Source: an uncultured Rivularia sp.
GTDB lineage: Bacteria > Cyanobacteriota > Cyanobacteriia > Cyanobacteriales > Nostocaceae
Direction of reading: 5' to 3'
NCBI GenBank assembly: GCA_963665115.1
Contig: OY762007.1
Location: 4,256,001-4,320,000, forward strand
DNA length: 64,000 bases
Position numbers and translations under genes: made by a program. The notes under the pieces are model-generated. The model worked only from the letters and a program-made list of their open reading frames with translations, was not told where the DNA came from and did not search any database. This document shows positions 18,512 through 27,764 of the stretch, one piece after another (the stretch's first letter is position 1; each line of letters begins with the position of its first letter).

Positions 18512-18937
18512 ATGAATAAATTAGCCTATCTAAAAATTGGAGAATTAGCGAAACAAACAGGACTTACCGTAGGAACTTTACGTTATTACAGCGATATCGG
18601 ACTTTTGCAACCCGCACAGAGAGGAGACAATGGTTATCGATATTATGCCGCGAATGCGTCCGAGCAAGTAAAATTTATCAAGAAAGCTCAAGCTCTGGGA
18701 TTTACCTTAGAAGAAATCAAACAAATTCTGGATGTTCGCAACGGTGGTGAAATTCCTTGTGATTTAGTACAAAGTTTATTAGAGAATAAAATCGAACAGT
18801 TGGCAATTCAAATTAAACAAATGACTTTGTTTAAGAGGGAGTTAGAAGAATATCGTGCTAATTGGGAAAATAAATCAAAGAAGACATTGAAACTCGAAGA
18901 AGTTTGTCCTTTAATCGATAGCGTCCCTTTACATTAG
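18512..18937 (+). CDS. MerR-family heavy-metal-responsive regulator
   Basis: KIGELAK...TLRYY...NGYRYY, AQALGFTLEEIK, PC and CPLI cysteines. Confidence 0.9.
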   Translation: MNKLAYLKIGELAKQTGLTVGTLRYYSDIGLLQPAQRGDNGYRYYAANASEQVKFIKKAQALGFTLEEIKQILDVRNGGEIPCDLVQSLLENKIEQLAIQIKQMTLFKRELEEYRANWENKSKKTLKLEEVCPLIDSVPLH

Positions 18938-19113
18938 CTCTGTATCGGATTATAGTTTCAAATTCTGAGAACATTTTATTCGCTTCATTTAAACTTTTTG
19001 CAATATCGAAAATGAATAAAACTATTATCAATCTCTGATTTTTATTCAGCTATATAAAGCTTTAATCCTCGGTGTTAATATTGACAATACATATTTGAAT
19101 TATAAGTAATTAC

Positions 19114-19206
19114 AAGAAAAGCTTAGTAGAACTTATTGCGATAATTGGGTATGGTGAAATATAGAGGAGTAACAGTGTTAACTGTTAGCAATAAGTCTAT
19201 TGAGCT
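19114..19206 (-). ncRNA. Candidate small RNA 1
   Basis: Downstream of box 19229 with -10-like CAAGAT; 5' and 3' ends pair in a ~18-bp stem followed by a U tract; loop carries ACUCCUC. Confidence 0.45.
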
Positions 19207-19228
19207 ATTTTCATCTTGACGGATAAAA

Positions 19229-19245
19229 ATGAAATTAAGATGAAA
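19229..19245 (-). promoter_or_regulatory. TTTCAT-N5-TTTCAT box with no downstream CDS
   Basis: ATGAAATTAAGATGAAA on the + strand. Confidence 0.7.
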
Positions 19246-19300
19246 TTTATCCTTTATTATCCTATTCAATAGAATAGTAAGAGATAAATCAAATAATTTA

Positions 19301-19783
19301 TCAATCATCATATGTATTAATTTGAGTAATGCCAAGTGGAATATTATCTGTGAACTCAGCTATTTTGGCATCAACTTTGAATTGCCAAGTTTCTGCATAA
19401 CCAGGAGTAATAACATCTTTCATCAAAATAGATAACTTTGTTTCAGGGGCTACTGGTTGTGAGAAAATGACTTGAGCTTTATTTTCATTTATAGAAACTT
19501 CCGTAGCTATTTTTTCACCTTCAGCATTTTTTACTTCTATCCCATCATCTATTTTTATTTCAGAAGGTATATCTATTGAAAGTCCCTCAAGAGGCTTCCC
19601 TTGTACATGGACTTCTATTTCGTAAGTAGCAGTCATTGCTTCTGCATCGTTTGGAAACGCAGCACTATCAATTATATGAGAAGCTTGATAATCATTTGGT
19701 TTGCCACTTGCTAATACAGCAGTAACCGGAGATGACAATAATAACGTAAAGGCAGCAGTGTAAATATTTTTTTTTAATTTCAT
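19301..19783 (-). CDS. Secreted DUF2808-like protein
   Basis: Signal peptide, FSQPVAPETKL motif; paralog of 57504 and 58225. Confidence 0.75.
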   Translation of the reverse strand: MKLKKNIYTAAFTLLLSSPVTAVLASGKPNDYQASHIIDSAAFPNDAEAMTATYEIEVHVQGKPLEGLSIDIPSEIKIDDGIEVKNAEGEKIATEVSINENKAQVIFSQPVAPETKLSILMKDVITPGYAETWQFKVDAKIAEFTDNIPLGITQINTYDD

Positions 19784-19844
19784 GACTATTATCCTCTACA
19801 ACTAATAAGACGAATCGTTCTATTTATAAGTATGGTTATTAGTT

Positions 19845-19861
19845 ATGAAATAGACATGAAA
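19845..19861 (-). promoter_or_regulatory. TTTCAT-N5-TTTCAT box upstream of DUF2808 gene
   Basis: ATGAAATAGACATGAAA on the + strand; CATACT 10 bp downstream on the - strand. Confidence 0.8.
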
Positions 19862-19938
19862 TTTTATCGTTAATTATAATATATTTTTATTTATAAATGC
19901 GAATGAGATTACAAGAATATACTTGTTTTTATAAAGTC

Positions 19939-20022
19939 AAGAAAACAAGTTTTTAATCCTATTGACAGGACTAAAAACTTGCTAATGGAATAAAATCTAG
20001 ATAAAAGCCAAAGAAGGCATAT
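19939..20022 (-). ncRNA. Candidate small RNA 2
   Basis: Downstream of box 20045 with -10 TATATT; ends in a 15-bp stem (19946-19981) plus U tract. Confidence 0.45.
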
Positions 20023-20044
20023 ATAAATAATATACGAGATAAAA

Positions 20045-20061
20045 ATGAAATTAGGATGAAA
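20045..20061 (-). promoter_or_regulatory. TTTCAT-N5-TTTCAT box with no downstream CDS
   Basis: ATGAAATTAGGATGAAA on the + strand. Confidence 0.75.
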
Positions 20062-20107
20062 TATTTTAGTTAGATTATTTTTTTTAATTTATTTATTTAA
20101 TCATAGT

Positions 20108-20212
20108 AAAAAAACGGACTTATAAATGTGCCCCTAGAGCATTTATAAGTCCGAGATTAAATCCATTAAATTAATTTAATGGAGAGCCGAGTATGAGGAA
20201 CTAACTCAACCA
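20108..20212 (-). ncRNA. Candidate small RNA 3
   Basis: Downstream of box 20235; hairpin 20162-20183 and a perfect 14-bp terminator stem (20115-20153) plus U7. Confidence 0.5.
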
Positions 20213-20234
20213 ATAACCAATTTCTCATAAACAA

Positions 20235-20251
20235 ATGAAATTAAGATGAAA
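20235..20251 (-). promoter_or_regulatory. TTTCAT-N5-TTTCAT box in the 3' region of the RND operon
   Basis: ATGAAATTAAGATGAAA on the + strand. Confidence 0.7.
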
Positions 20252-20299
20252 TTACTGAATAATAAAGTCTTTTTGATATAGTTAAAAATGCTTTTCATC

Positions 20300-23200
20300 T
20301 TAACCGTGCCATCTTAATTTTTTCCTCATCCCAGACAACCCATTCGTAATATCATCGACAAGCGAATAAACTACAGGTACAACAATTAAAGTCAGCAGTG
20401 TGGAAATAACCAAACCACCCAAAATTACCGTAGCGATAGGTGAATAAGCGTCCATCCCGGTTTCTGGAAAAAAGGCGAGTCGAAAAATTACAATGATTGT
20501 AGTAAAGGTGGTCATCACAATCGCTTTGAGTCGAACTGGTCCGGCTTCCCGAATTGCAATGTCTCTTGGTTCTCCTTCCTGACGTTTTGTCAAAATTAAT
20601 TCTAGTAATAAAATAGCTGCGGAAACTGATAAACCAGATAGAATAATAATTCCCAAAATCGAAACTGTAGACAAAGTTTGTCCTGCAAGCAATAGCGCTC
20701 CAAATACCCCTACCAACTGCAAAGGAATTGACAGCATCATTACCAAAGGTTGGATAAACGAACCAAATTGAATTACCAATATGAGATAAATCAGTAACAA
20801 AGAAACCACCAAGCCTTGTAAAAGTCGCTCAAACTCAATCATCATATCCGTCATGTCCCCCATCGAATCGATACCGTAACCGGGGGGAAAGTCTAATTTA
20901 CTACCCGCATTCATGGCGATCGCCATTGATAAGTCCATAGAAGCGGGACCATCTTTACGATAATATCCGTTGACATAAACCACCCGTTTTCCGTTGACTC
21001 GTTCAATTAACGTCGGTCCTTGTTCCCGTTGTAATGTTGCTACGGTACTTAGTGGAACTTGCCGATTGTCCGAGGTAGTAATATAGGTTGATGACAAGTC
21101 TTGCTGAGTTCCCCGGTCTTGTTCGTCGTACCGTACTAAAATAGAATTTTGTCTTAGATTGGGACGATTATAATATCTGCGAGTGTAACCCCCATTCAAA
21201 GCATAACGAGCTTGTTCGGCGATGTCTTTGATATTTAACCCTAGTTCCTTGGCTCTACGACGGTCAATTTTTAACTGAAATTCTGGCTGAGTCATTGCCG
21301 AACTTGTATGTGGCATTACTAAGTCTGGGGTGTCTTCAGCGATACCCAGCACACCCTGAGCTAAACGATGTAATTCGTCCAAATCTTCACCATAAACCGC
21401 CAACTGTACCGGCGCTGCCGATGTAGCCATTACGTCTACACCCATTTCCTTCATCGCAATGCGTCGCAAACCGGGAATAGTACTGCGAGCTTCGGTTTTG
21501 ACTTCATCAATAATTTGCCAAATATCCCTTTCTCGTGCCCCAACATCCTTGAGAGTCACAATCGCTGAAGCGGTATTGACTCCCCCCATGCTGTAACCAC
21601 TAAAGTAAGTACTGTTGCGCGTTAGTTCAAAACCAACTTGTGAAGAAACCTTTTCGACTTCCGGCTGTTCTAACAGAATTTTTTCAAACTTTTGAGCAAG
21701 CTGGTCAGTTTTACTAAAAGATGTCCCCGGTTCAAATTCTATCGTTGCCATAATTTGACCGGAATCACCCAAAGGCATCATTTCTTGCCCAATTAACGGA
21801 TATAAACTAAATGCTAGAACAATAGAAGCACCTGTCAAAGCTAAAGTAATTTCACGGTTTTTCATGCAGATGTCGAGCAACCAACCGTAACCTTGCTCTA
21901 ACTTATAAAAGCTGTAACGTATCGGAGTCAGCAATCTCTGCAACCAGGTTTTACGTCTGCCTTTTTGATGTAGTGGTTTAAGGAAGAATGCTGCAAGTAA
22001 AGGAATCAAAGTAATTGAAACAATCAGCGAAGAGAGAAAAGCAAACACCATCGGATAAACCAACCCGACAAACATCAGCCCAGTTAATCCACCAGCAAGT
22101 ATCGTCGGTAATAAAGCCGCAATCATTACACAGCTTGCAGCAGCACTTGCTAAAAATACCTCTCCCGTTCCTTTAATTGCTGCTTCGTGGGGTTTATGTC
22201 CTTCTTGTAGTTTCCGGTCAATGGAATCAATTACAATAATCGAGTCATCCACCAGTTTACCAATAGCCATCATCATCCCAATCAAAGTTGACGAATTAAG
22301 CGACATTCCAATTGGGATAAAAGGAAGCATCGATAGCGCTAGGGATGTGGGGATAGAAATCATTACAATAGCTGTGGCTCGGAAGTTTTCTAAGAAAACC
22401 AGAATTACCAAACCCGCAAGCACAACGCTAATCAGTAATTCCCCGGTGGTACTATCTTTAATTAAATTAACCAAATAAGAATTATCATAAGCAACCTCAA
22501 ATTCTAAACCCGGATACTGTGCCTGTATTTTGGTTAATTCAGCGCGTACCCGTTCGATAACTTGCGGCGAACTAGAATCCGGTTTTTGAATAACGTTTAC
22601 TGCTAATGCGGCTTCACCATTGTAGCGATAACCACTGCGACGTTCTTCATAAGTATCTTTAACAGTAGCAACATCTCTGACATAAACCACCTGTCCCGAC
22701 TTTTCCAACACCGGGTAATCCATCACCGCACGAGCATTCAGCGCTCGTTCGTCGGTACGTACCAGAATTTCACTATCTCCCCTCGTCAGCACCCCCGCAC
22801 CTTGACTAACATTATTTGCGTCGATCGCATCTCGTACTTGTAATATAGATAAACCGTAAGCAGCCAACTTTTGACGGTCAATAATTATCTGCAACTGTCG
22901 CCGATAACCGCCAAAAATTGACACCGCTTGTACATCCCGCACCTGAGTTAATCTATCAACCAAAGTGTTGTCAGCAAACTCCCGTAAACGTACCGGGTCC
23001 CAACCTTCTCCCCGTAAAGCCAGAGTTAATACAGGACGGTTGAGCGGGTCGATGGGTAAAACCCAGTAGGAACGGGTATTAATCCCATCAAGCGTCAAAT
23101 CTCCCTCCGCAGCAGTCATCACGCTTTGTACTTCCTGCACCGAGTTTTCAATATCTCCCCCCCATTCAAACTGCACAGAAACTAAAGACATATCCTGTTG

Positions 23201-23458
23201 CGAACTCGAACGGATAAACCGCACGCCATCTAAAACAGTTAAACGCTGCTCAATTGGTTTACTGATATAGGTTTCCACTTCATAGGGTGAGGAACCGGGA
23301 GCCATTGTCACAATTGCTACCAAAGGACTTTGGACATAAGGCATCATCCTTACCGGGAGTAGGAATAACGTAAGGGTAGCGAGGACGAGGATACCGATGT
23401 ATAAAGCCGCGAGTACTACCGGATTTTTGATTGACCAGCGAGTGAGGAAGTATTTCAT
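20300..23458 (-). CDS. RND efflux permease (AcrB/CusA superfamily, Met-rich, probably copper)
   Basis: 1052 aa, RND topology, GKLVDDSII and RLKAIVMT; several periplasmic Met clusters. Confidence 0.9.
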   Translation of the reverse strand: MKYFLTRWSIKNPVVLAALYIGILVLATLTLFLLPVRMMPYVQSPLVAIVTMAPGSSPYEVETYISKPIEQRLTVLDGVRFIRSSSQQDMSLVSVQFEWGGDIENSVQEVQSVMTAAEGDLTLDGINTRSYWVLPIDPLNRPVLTLALRGEGWDPVRLREFADNTLVDRLTQVRDVQAVSIFGGYRRQLQIIIDRQKLAAYGLSILQVRDAIDANNVSQGAGVLTRGDSEILVRTDERALNARAVMDYPVLEKSGQVVYVRDVATVKDTYEERRSGYRYNGEAALAVNVIQKPDSSSPQVIERVRAELTKIQAQYPGLEFEVAYDNSYLVNLIKDSTTGELLISVVLAGLVILVFLENFRATAIVMISIPTSLALSMLPFIPIGMSLNSSTLIGMMMAIGKLVDDSIIVIDSIDRKLQEGHKPHEAAIKGTGEVFLASAAASCVMIAALLPTILAGGLTGLMFVGLVYPMVFAFLSSLIVSITLIPLLAAFFLKPLHQKGRRKTWLQRLLTPIRYSFYKLEQGYGWLLDICMKNREITLALTGASIVLAFSLYPLIGQEMMPLGDSGQIMATIEFEPGTSFSKTDQLAQKFEKILLEQPEVEKVSSQVGFELTRNSTYFSGYSMGGVNTASAIVTLKDVGARERDIWQIIDEVKTEARSTIPGLRRIAMKEMGVDVMATSAAPVQLAVYGEDLDELHRLAQGVLGIAEDTPDLVMPHTSSAMTQPEFQLKIDRRRAKELGLNIKDIAEQARYALNGGYTRRYYNRPNLRQNSILVRYDEQDRGTQQDLSSTYITTSDNRQVPLSTVATLQREQGPTLIERVNGKRVVYVNGYYRKDGPASMDLSMAIAMNAGSKLDFPPGYGIDSMGDMTDMMIEFERLLQGLVVSLLLIYLILVIQFGSFIQPLVMMLSIPLQLVGVFGALLLAGQTLSTVSILGIIILSGLSVSAAILLLELILTKRQEGEPRDIAIREAGPVRLKAIVMTTFTTIIVIFRLAFFPETGMDAYSPIATVILGGLVISTLLTLIVVPVVYSLVDDITNGLSGMRKKLRWHG

Positions 23459-23540
23459 TGAGGAGAGGGAAGTTTTTTAACGCAAAGTTACGCAGAGGTA
23501 AGCGCGGAGGTACGCGGAGGGGTTTGGTTAAATTCTCTAT

Positions 23541-23966
23541 CTATTTAACATCAAATGTATAATTCGCTTGACCATTAAGTTTGGGGTCTTTTACTTGTGT
23601 AATAACATTCCATTTACCCTTCATTCCAAAATTGGTTTTGATTTTATATCTTCCTGGTTGCGTGTCTGGTTCTACTTTTGCCATTGAGGTCATATCTTCT
23701 TCACCTTCCATTGGCATGGAAACGTTTACGTCTAAGGTTTCTACAGCAACGGGTTTCTGGGTTTGGGGGTCGATAACTTCTACAATTAGCTGATTGTTGC
23801 CCATTTTTACGGCTTCTTGAGAATTGGGACTAACTAGATTTATTTTGGCGCTTTCTATTTGTTGTTGGGATGCGGTGGTTGATGTTGTTTCTGTTTGTGC
23901 TTCTGGAGTGGAGCAAGCGATTGTGAAAAAGCTGAGTGTTAGTAGTAGGGGGAGTAGTTTAATCAT
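23541..23966 (-). CDS. YtkA/FixH-like lipoprotein
   Basis: Lipobox IAC, VSMPM...PGRYK...FGMKGKW. Confidence 0.75.
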   Translation of the reverse strand: MIKLLPLLLTLSFFTIACSTPEAQTETTSTTASQQQIESAKINLVSPNSQEAVKMGNNQLIVEVIDPQTQKPVAVETLDVNVSMPMEGEEDMTSMAKVEPDTQPGRYKIKTNFGMKGKWNVITQVKDPKLNGQANYTFDVK

Positions 23967-24149
23967 TGTTTTGTTTGTGATTAGGTGAGTTGAAGATTTA
24001 TGAACCGCAGAGGACGCTGAGGACGCTGAGAAAGAGATGGGGAGAGAAGGTAGAGGGAAAGTGAGGAAATATTTGTAGTGGGAGCATCTTGCTCCCTAGC
24101 TGCTTAATAAACGATGCCCAATGCCCTTCGGCCCCATGCCCAATTCCCA

Positions 24150-25986
24150 TTACTCAACATTAAAATCAAATTCTGCTTTCCCTTGATGTTTGGGGGTCTT
24201 TGATTTTAACTACGACATCCCATTTCCCTTTCATCCCAAAGTGGGTATCGACTTTGAAGCGTCCGGGTTGTGAGTCGGGTTGGACTTCTACCATTGATGT
24301 CATTGGAGCCATATTTTTCATGGGCATGGTTACTTTCACGTCTAGGTTTTCTACTGCTATGGATTTATTAGTTTTTTTATCTAAAATTTCTAAAATTAAT
24401 TCTGCGCTACCTTTTTTAACTGGGTTTTTAGGACTGATTAATTTGATTTGTGCGTTTCCTTGGGATGTATTATTCCGCTTTGCTAGAGTTTCTCCAGATT
24501 CGTCAACTACAGATACTTTTTGATTTTCGATTAGTCTGGAATGTCCGGAGGTAATTACCATGTCACCGGGTTTTAAACTGCTGGTAATTTCAATTTGTTC
24601 GCCGCTGACTAATCCCGTATTTACTGTTTTGCGTAAAGCTGTTTCTCCATCAACTACCCAAACTGCTGTTTTATCTTTAAATTGAGTTAAAGCAGATTGG
24701 GGTACTGATAAAGCGTTTGGTTGACGCTCGGTAATAATTTGCATTTCCAGAAATTGCCCGGATAGCAATTGATTGCCGGGATTGTTAACAACGGCTTCGA
24801 TGGTAACGGTGCGGGTGTTGTCGTTGGTTTGCGGAAATATGCTGGTAATTGAAGCTGTAATTTCTTTAACGTTGCTACCGGGAACTTTGGCGACGATGGG
24901 AGTCCCGACTTGTATTTTCGCTGCATCTCGCTGGGAAACGTTAGCACGCAGACGTACACGCTGATAGTCGCCTATTTTAAGAATTCCCATACTTGGCTGC
25001 ACTACCACACCGGGATCTACCATCCTTTCTTGAACGATACCGGCGATGGGTGACTGGATTTTGGTATATCCTTTCATAATTGAGGCAGTAGCACTTTTTG
25101 CTCTGGCTTGCTTAACATTACTGCGAGCGCTGCGAACCTGAGCTTCTAACCGTCTTATTTTTACTTGTGCTGTTTTTAACGCAGCTTGGGCGGTTTTAGC
25201 TTTAGTATTTTCAATATCGTATTGGTCTTGAGAAATTGCGCCTTCTTTGACTAACAAAGCATAGCGATCGCGTTTCTTTTCTTGATATTCTAATTCGGCT
25301 TTTAGTCGCGCAATCTCTTGTCGTTGCTCGTTTACTTCGATTTGCGATGCTTCTAATTCAGTTTCCATCGAATCGGCTTGGGCGGCGGCTTCGGCTACTT
25401 GAGTTAATTTTTCAGCAGCATCGAGTGTCGCTAATGGTTGTCCGGAAGTAACTTTGTCTCCAGGATACACTGAGTAATTAGTAAGCTGTCCGGCTATCCG
25501 GGGATACACGGTAACTTCTTGGTAAGGATGAATCGAACCAGTATACTGAACGCTAGCCGAAAGTAAACTCGGTTTGACTACTTTCACAGTTACGGGAGTT
25601 GGATTAAACGAGCCGTTGACCTGCATCATATCGTCGTGGGACATATTCGACATATCATGTCCTTCCATCCCAGCCATTGACGAAGCAGGTTTTAACTGAT
25701 TGGTAACTGCTAAGATACCTCCGGAAAGCAAGACGAAAATGCCAATACCTAAAAGTGTTTTCCCCGGACGCAGCGAAGATTCCACGGGTTTTTTATCCTC
25801 CTTGCGAGAACGTTTAAGTAAAAATCCACCGACAATTGTTAACAAACCAACTAGAAAAATTCCTCCACCCAGCAAAGTTGTGTGAGTTAGTAAATTGTTA
25901 TCGGGTGCGCCACCATGATTCATTCCCTCGTGACTTTCCGACGGTTTCATTTGGGACAGAATTACAGGTGTTGCTGTGAAAGGCAT
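24150..25986 (-). CDS. RND periplasmic adaptor with C-terminal YtkA-like domain (apparent +1 frameshift at G5 24192-24196)
   Basis: Lipoyl/hairpin adaptor motifs and Met/His tract; removing one base gives ...KDPKHQGKAEFDFNVE*, matching the end of the 23541 paralog domain. Confidence 0.85.
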
Positions 25987-26046
25987 GGTTAAGGAGCAAT
26001 TGCGGTTTACATATCCACTTACATTTGCCCATGATGCCAGCTAATT

Positions 26047-26063
26047 ATGAAATTGGGATGAAA
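26047..26063 (-). promoter_or_regulatory. TTTCAT-N5-TTTCAT box upstream of the RND operon
   Basis: ATGAAATTGGGATGAAA on the + strand; CATCAT 10 bp downstream. Confidence 0.8.
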
Positions 26064-26255
26064 TTTCTTGTTCGTGGTTTGCAGAAATAATTATGCACCC
26101 CCTCACAGCAATTTTTGAGGTATGCAACGCAGCGTGAAGGCTTTGTATAGCGTCTGTAAAGTATGCAAGTGCTACTAATAACTGTCAAAATAGAAGGTTA
26201 GTATAAAAATAAAATTATTAACTTAAAAAATAGATAATTTTAACCATTTAAAAGA

Positions 26256-27512
26256 CTATACTCTAAACACAATTGCGGGGTCTACTTTGCTGACTTTCTG
26301 AATTGCAAATAAGGCGGAACCAATACACATCAAGACAGTTATGCCAAAAACCCCAATAGCTGTTAATGGAGTAATTAAAATTACAATACCTTGAGTTGCT
26401 GAAGTCCAAGCACCTACCCCTAAGCAAAGCAACATTCCTGGAATATAACCAAGAATTGACATCCATAGAGCTTGCTCAATGATTACGCCATATATCACCC
26501 TGTTTGATGCCCCCATAGCTTTGAGCGTGCCAAATTCTTTTAAATGGTCGGTGACTGCTGAGTATAGAATTTGACTAACAATCACAACTCCTACAACCAC
26601 ACCAACTCCTGCACCCAAACCTAAAATAAATCCAATTCCCGTGGATTTTTGCCAATAAATTTGTATTTTTTCAGATAATTCTGCTGTCGTATATGCTTTA
26701 GTTTCTGGGAAAGTGGCTTCTAAGCGTTTTTTTAATTGTTGAATATTTTGACCTGGCTGTGCCTGAATCAATACGTAAGATATGGGCGAATTTAAGCTTA
26801 ATTGTGGTGGTGGTTCGTTCTGCGATTGTTGTTTCTTAGCATCAGCATCTTTATCTTTTTTGTAAACGTTGCGACACTGAAGTTCTTCTCCAACCCAGGT
26901 ACAGTTAACGTTTGTAGTAACGCTAGCATTAAGGTAGGCATTTGCAGTGTCTAAAGAAGTAAATAAAAAGGGACTTGAAACAACTGATTGAGTATCTTGG
27001 GTTAAGCCGATTACTTGTACTGGTAATGAGCCAATTTGACCCATATCTCCAATTTTTTTTATTTGGAGAGACTTTAAATTACTTTTATCAATTATTGCTG
27101 TATAGGGATTTTCCAGAGATTTGACGTTATTATTAACCGTGTTTCCAGGTACAAATAATTTTCCCGTAGGCGAAAATCCGTATATCTTAACCACATTGAT
27201 TTTGCCACCAGGTACACTCCAATTAGCCGCACCCTGAAGCAATGCTTCGGCTCTTTTTACACCATCAACTTTTTTAGCTCTAACGGCATAATCAAACAGA
27301 AGTGGTCGCGTCAGTTCAAGTTGTATCATCTTATCCGATGCTAACCAGATATCGGCTGGGGAATTTTCGACTAAAGCTACAGTAGAACGAATAACCCCAT
27401 TCAAGACTCCAGTTTGAATAGTCACTAAGCTGACAGCAAACATGATTCCCGCTTGAGCTACTAAAAAGCGCGGAATGTCTTCAAACAGGTTTTTGCGAGC
27501 AATAGAAACCAT
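26256..27512 (-). CDS. FtsX/DevC-like ABC permease (no adjacent ATPase)
   Basis: MVSIARKNL, EFGTLKAMGA and VDPAIVF motifs; four TM segments. Confidence 0.85.
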   Translation of the reverse strand: MVSIARKNLFEDIPRFLVAQAGIMFAVSLVTIQTGVLNGVIRSTVALVENSPADIWLASDKMIQLELTRPLLFDYAVRAKKVDGVKRAEALLQGAANWSVPGGKINVVKIYGFSPTGKLFVPGNTVNNNVKSLENPYTAIIDKSNLKSLQIKKIGDMGQIGSLPVQVIGLTQDTQSVVSSPFLFTSLDTANAYLNASVTTNVNCTWVGEELQCRNVYKKDKDADAKKQQSQNEPPPQLSLNSPISYVLIQAQPGQNIQQLKKRLEATFPETKAYTTAELSEKIQIYWQKSTGIGFILGLGAGVGVVVGVVIVSQILYSAVTDHLKEFGTLKAMGASNRVIYGVIIEQALWMSILGYIPGMLLCLGVGAWTSATQGIVILITPLTAIGVFGITVLMCIGSALFAIQKVSKVDPAIVFRV

Positions 27513-27627
27513 TTGAATTGAAAATTGTTAAGAACTAATTCTGCAAAAAAGCTTCAACATATTGAAAATTTGAATTTAAAAAGACTTTAATAAAGACACG
27601 AGAATGAACTGCTTTCTTGCAGAAGTA

Positions 27628-27735
27628 ACTTTAGTTAAACAATGTCAAGAACTCGGAAAGATTACAATGCCTTTATTTAGTTACAGTTCTAAAAGGCGGA
27701 ATCTTATCAAGTTCTTGACACTTCAAAAGTAAGTT
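27628..27735. promoter_or_regulatory. Divergent pair of TCTT-box promoters
   Basis: - strand TCTTTCCGAGTTCTTGACA (27661-27643)-9 bp-TAAAGT; + strand TCTTATCAAGTTCTTGACA (27702-27720)-9 bp-TAAGTT. Confidence 0.7.
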
Positions 27736-27764
27736 AATAAGCAGGTAATTTACTATAAAATCAA

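Noticed and set aside
19123..19335. 70-aa ORF downstream of the DUF2808 gene
   Set aside because: TTG start, overlaps the upstream gene and crosses a regulatory box; the RNA-structure explanation fits better
23476..24150. ACGCAGAGG-type and ATGCCC-type short repeats and a small palindrome in RND intergenic gaps (also near 59750)
   Set aside because: Common dispersed short repeats of filamentous cyanobacteria, with no locus-specific signal
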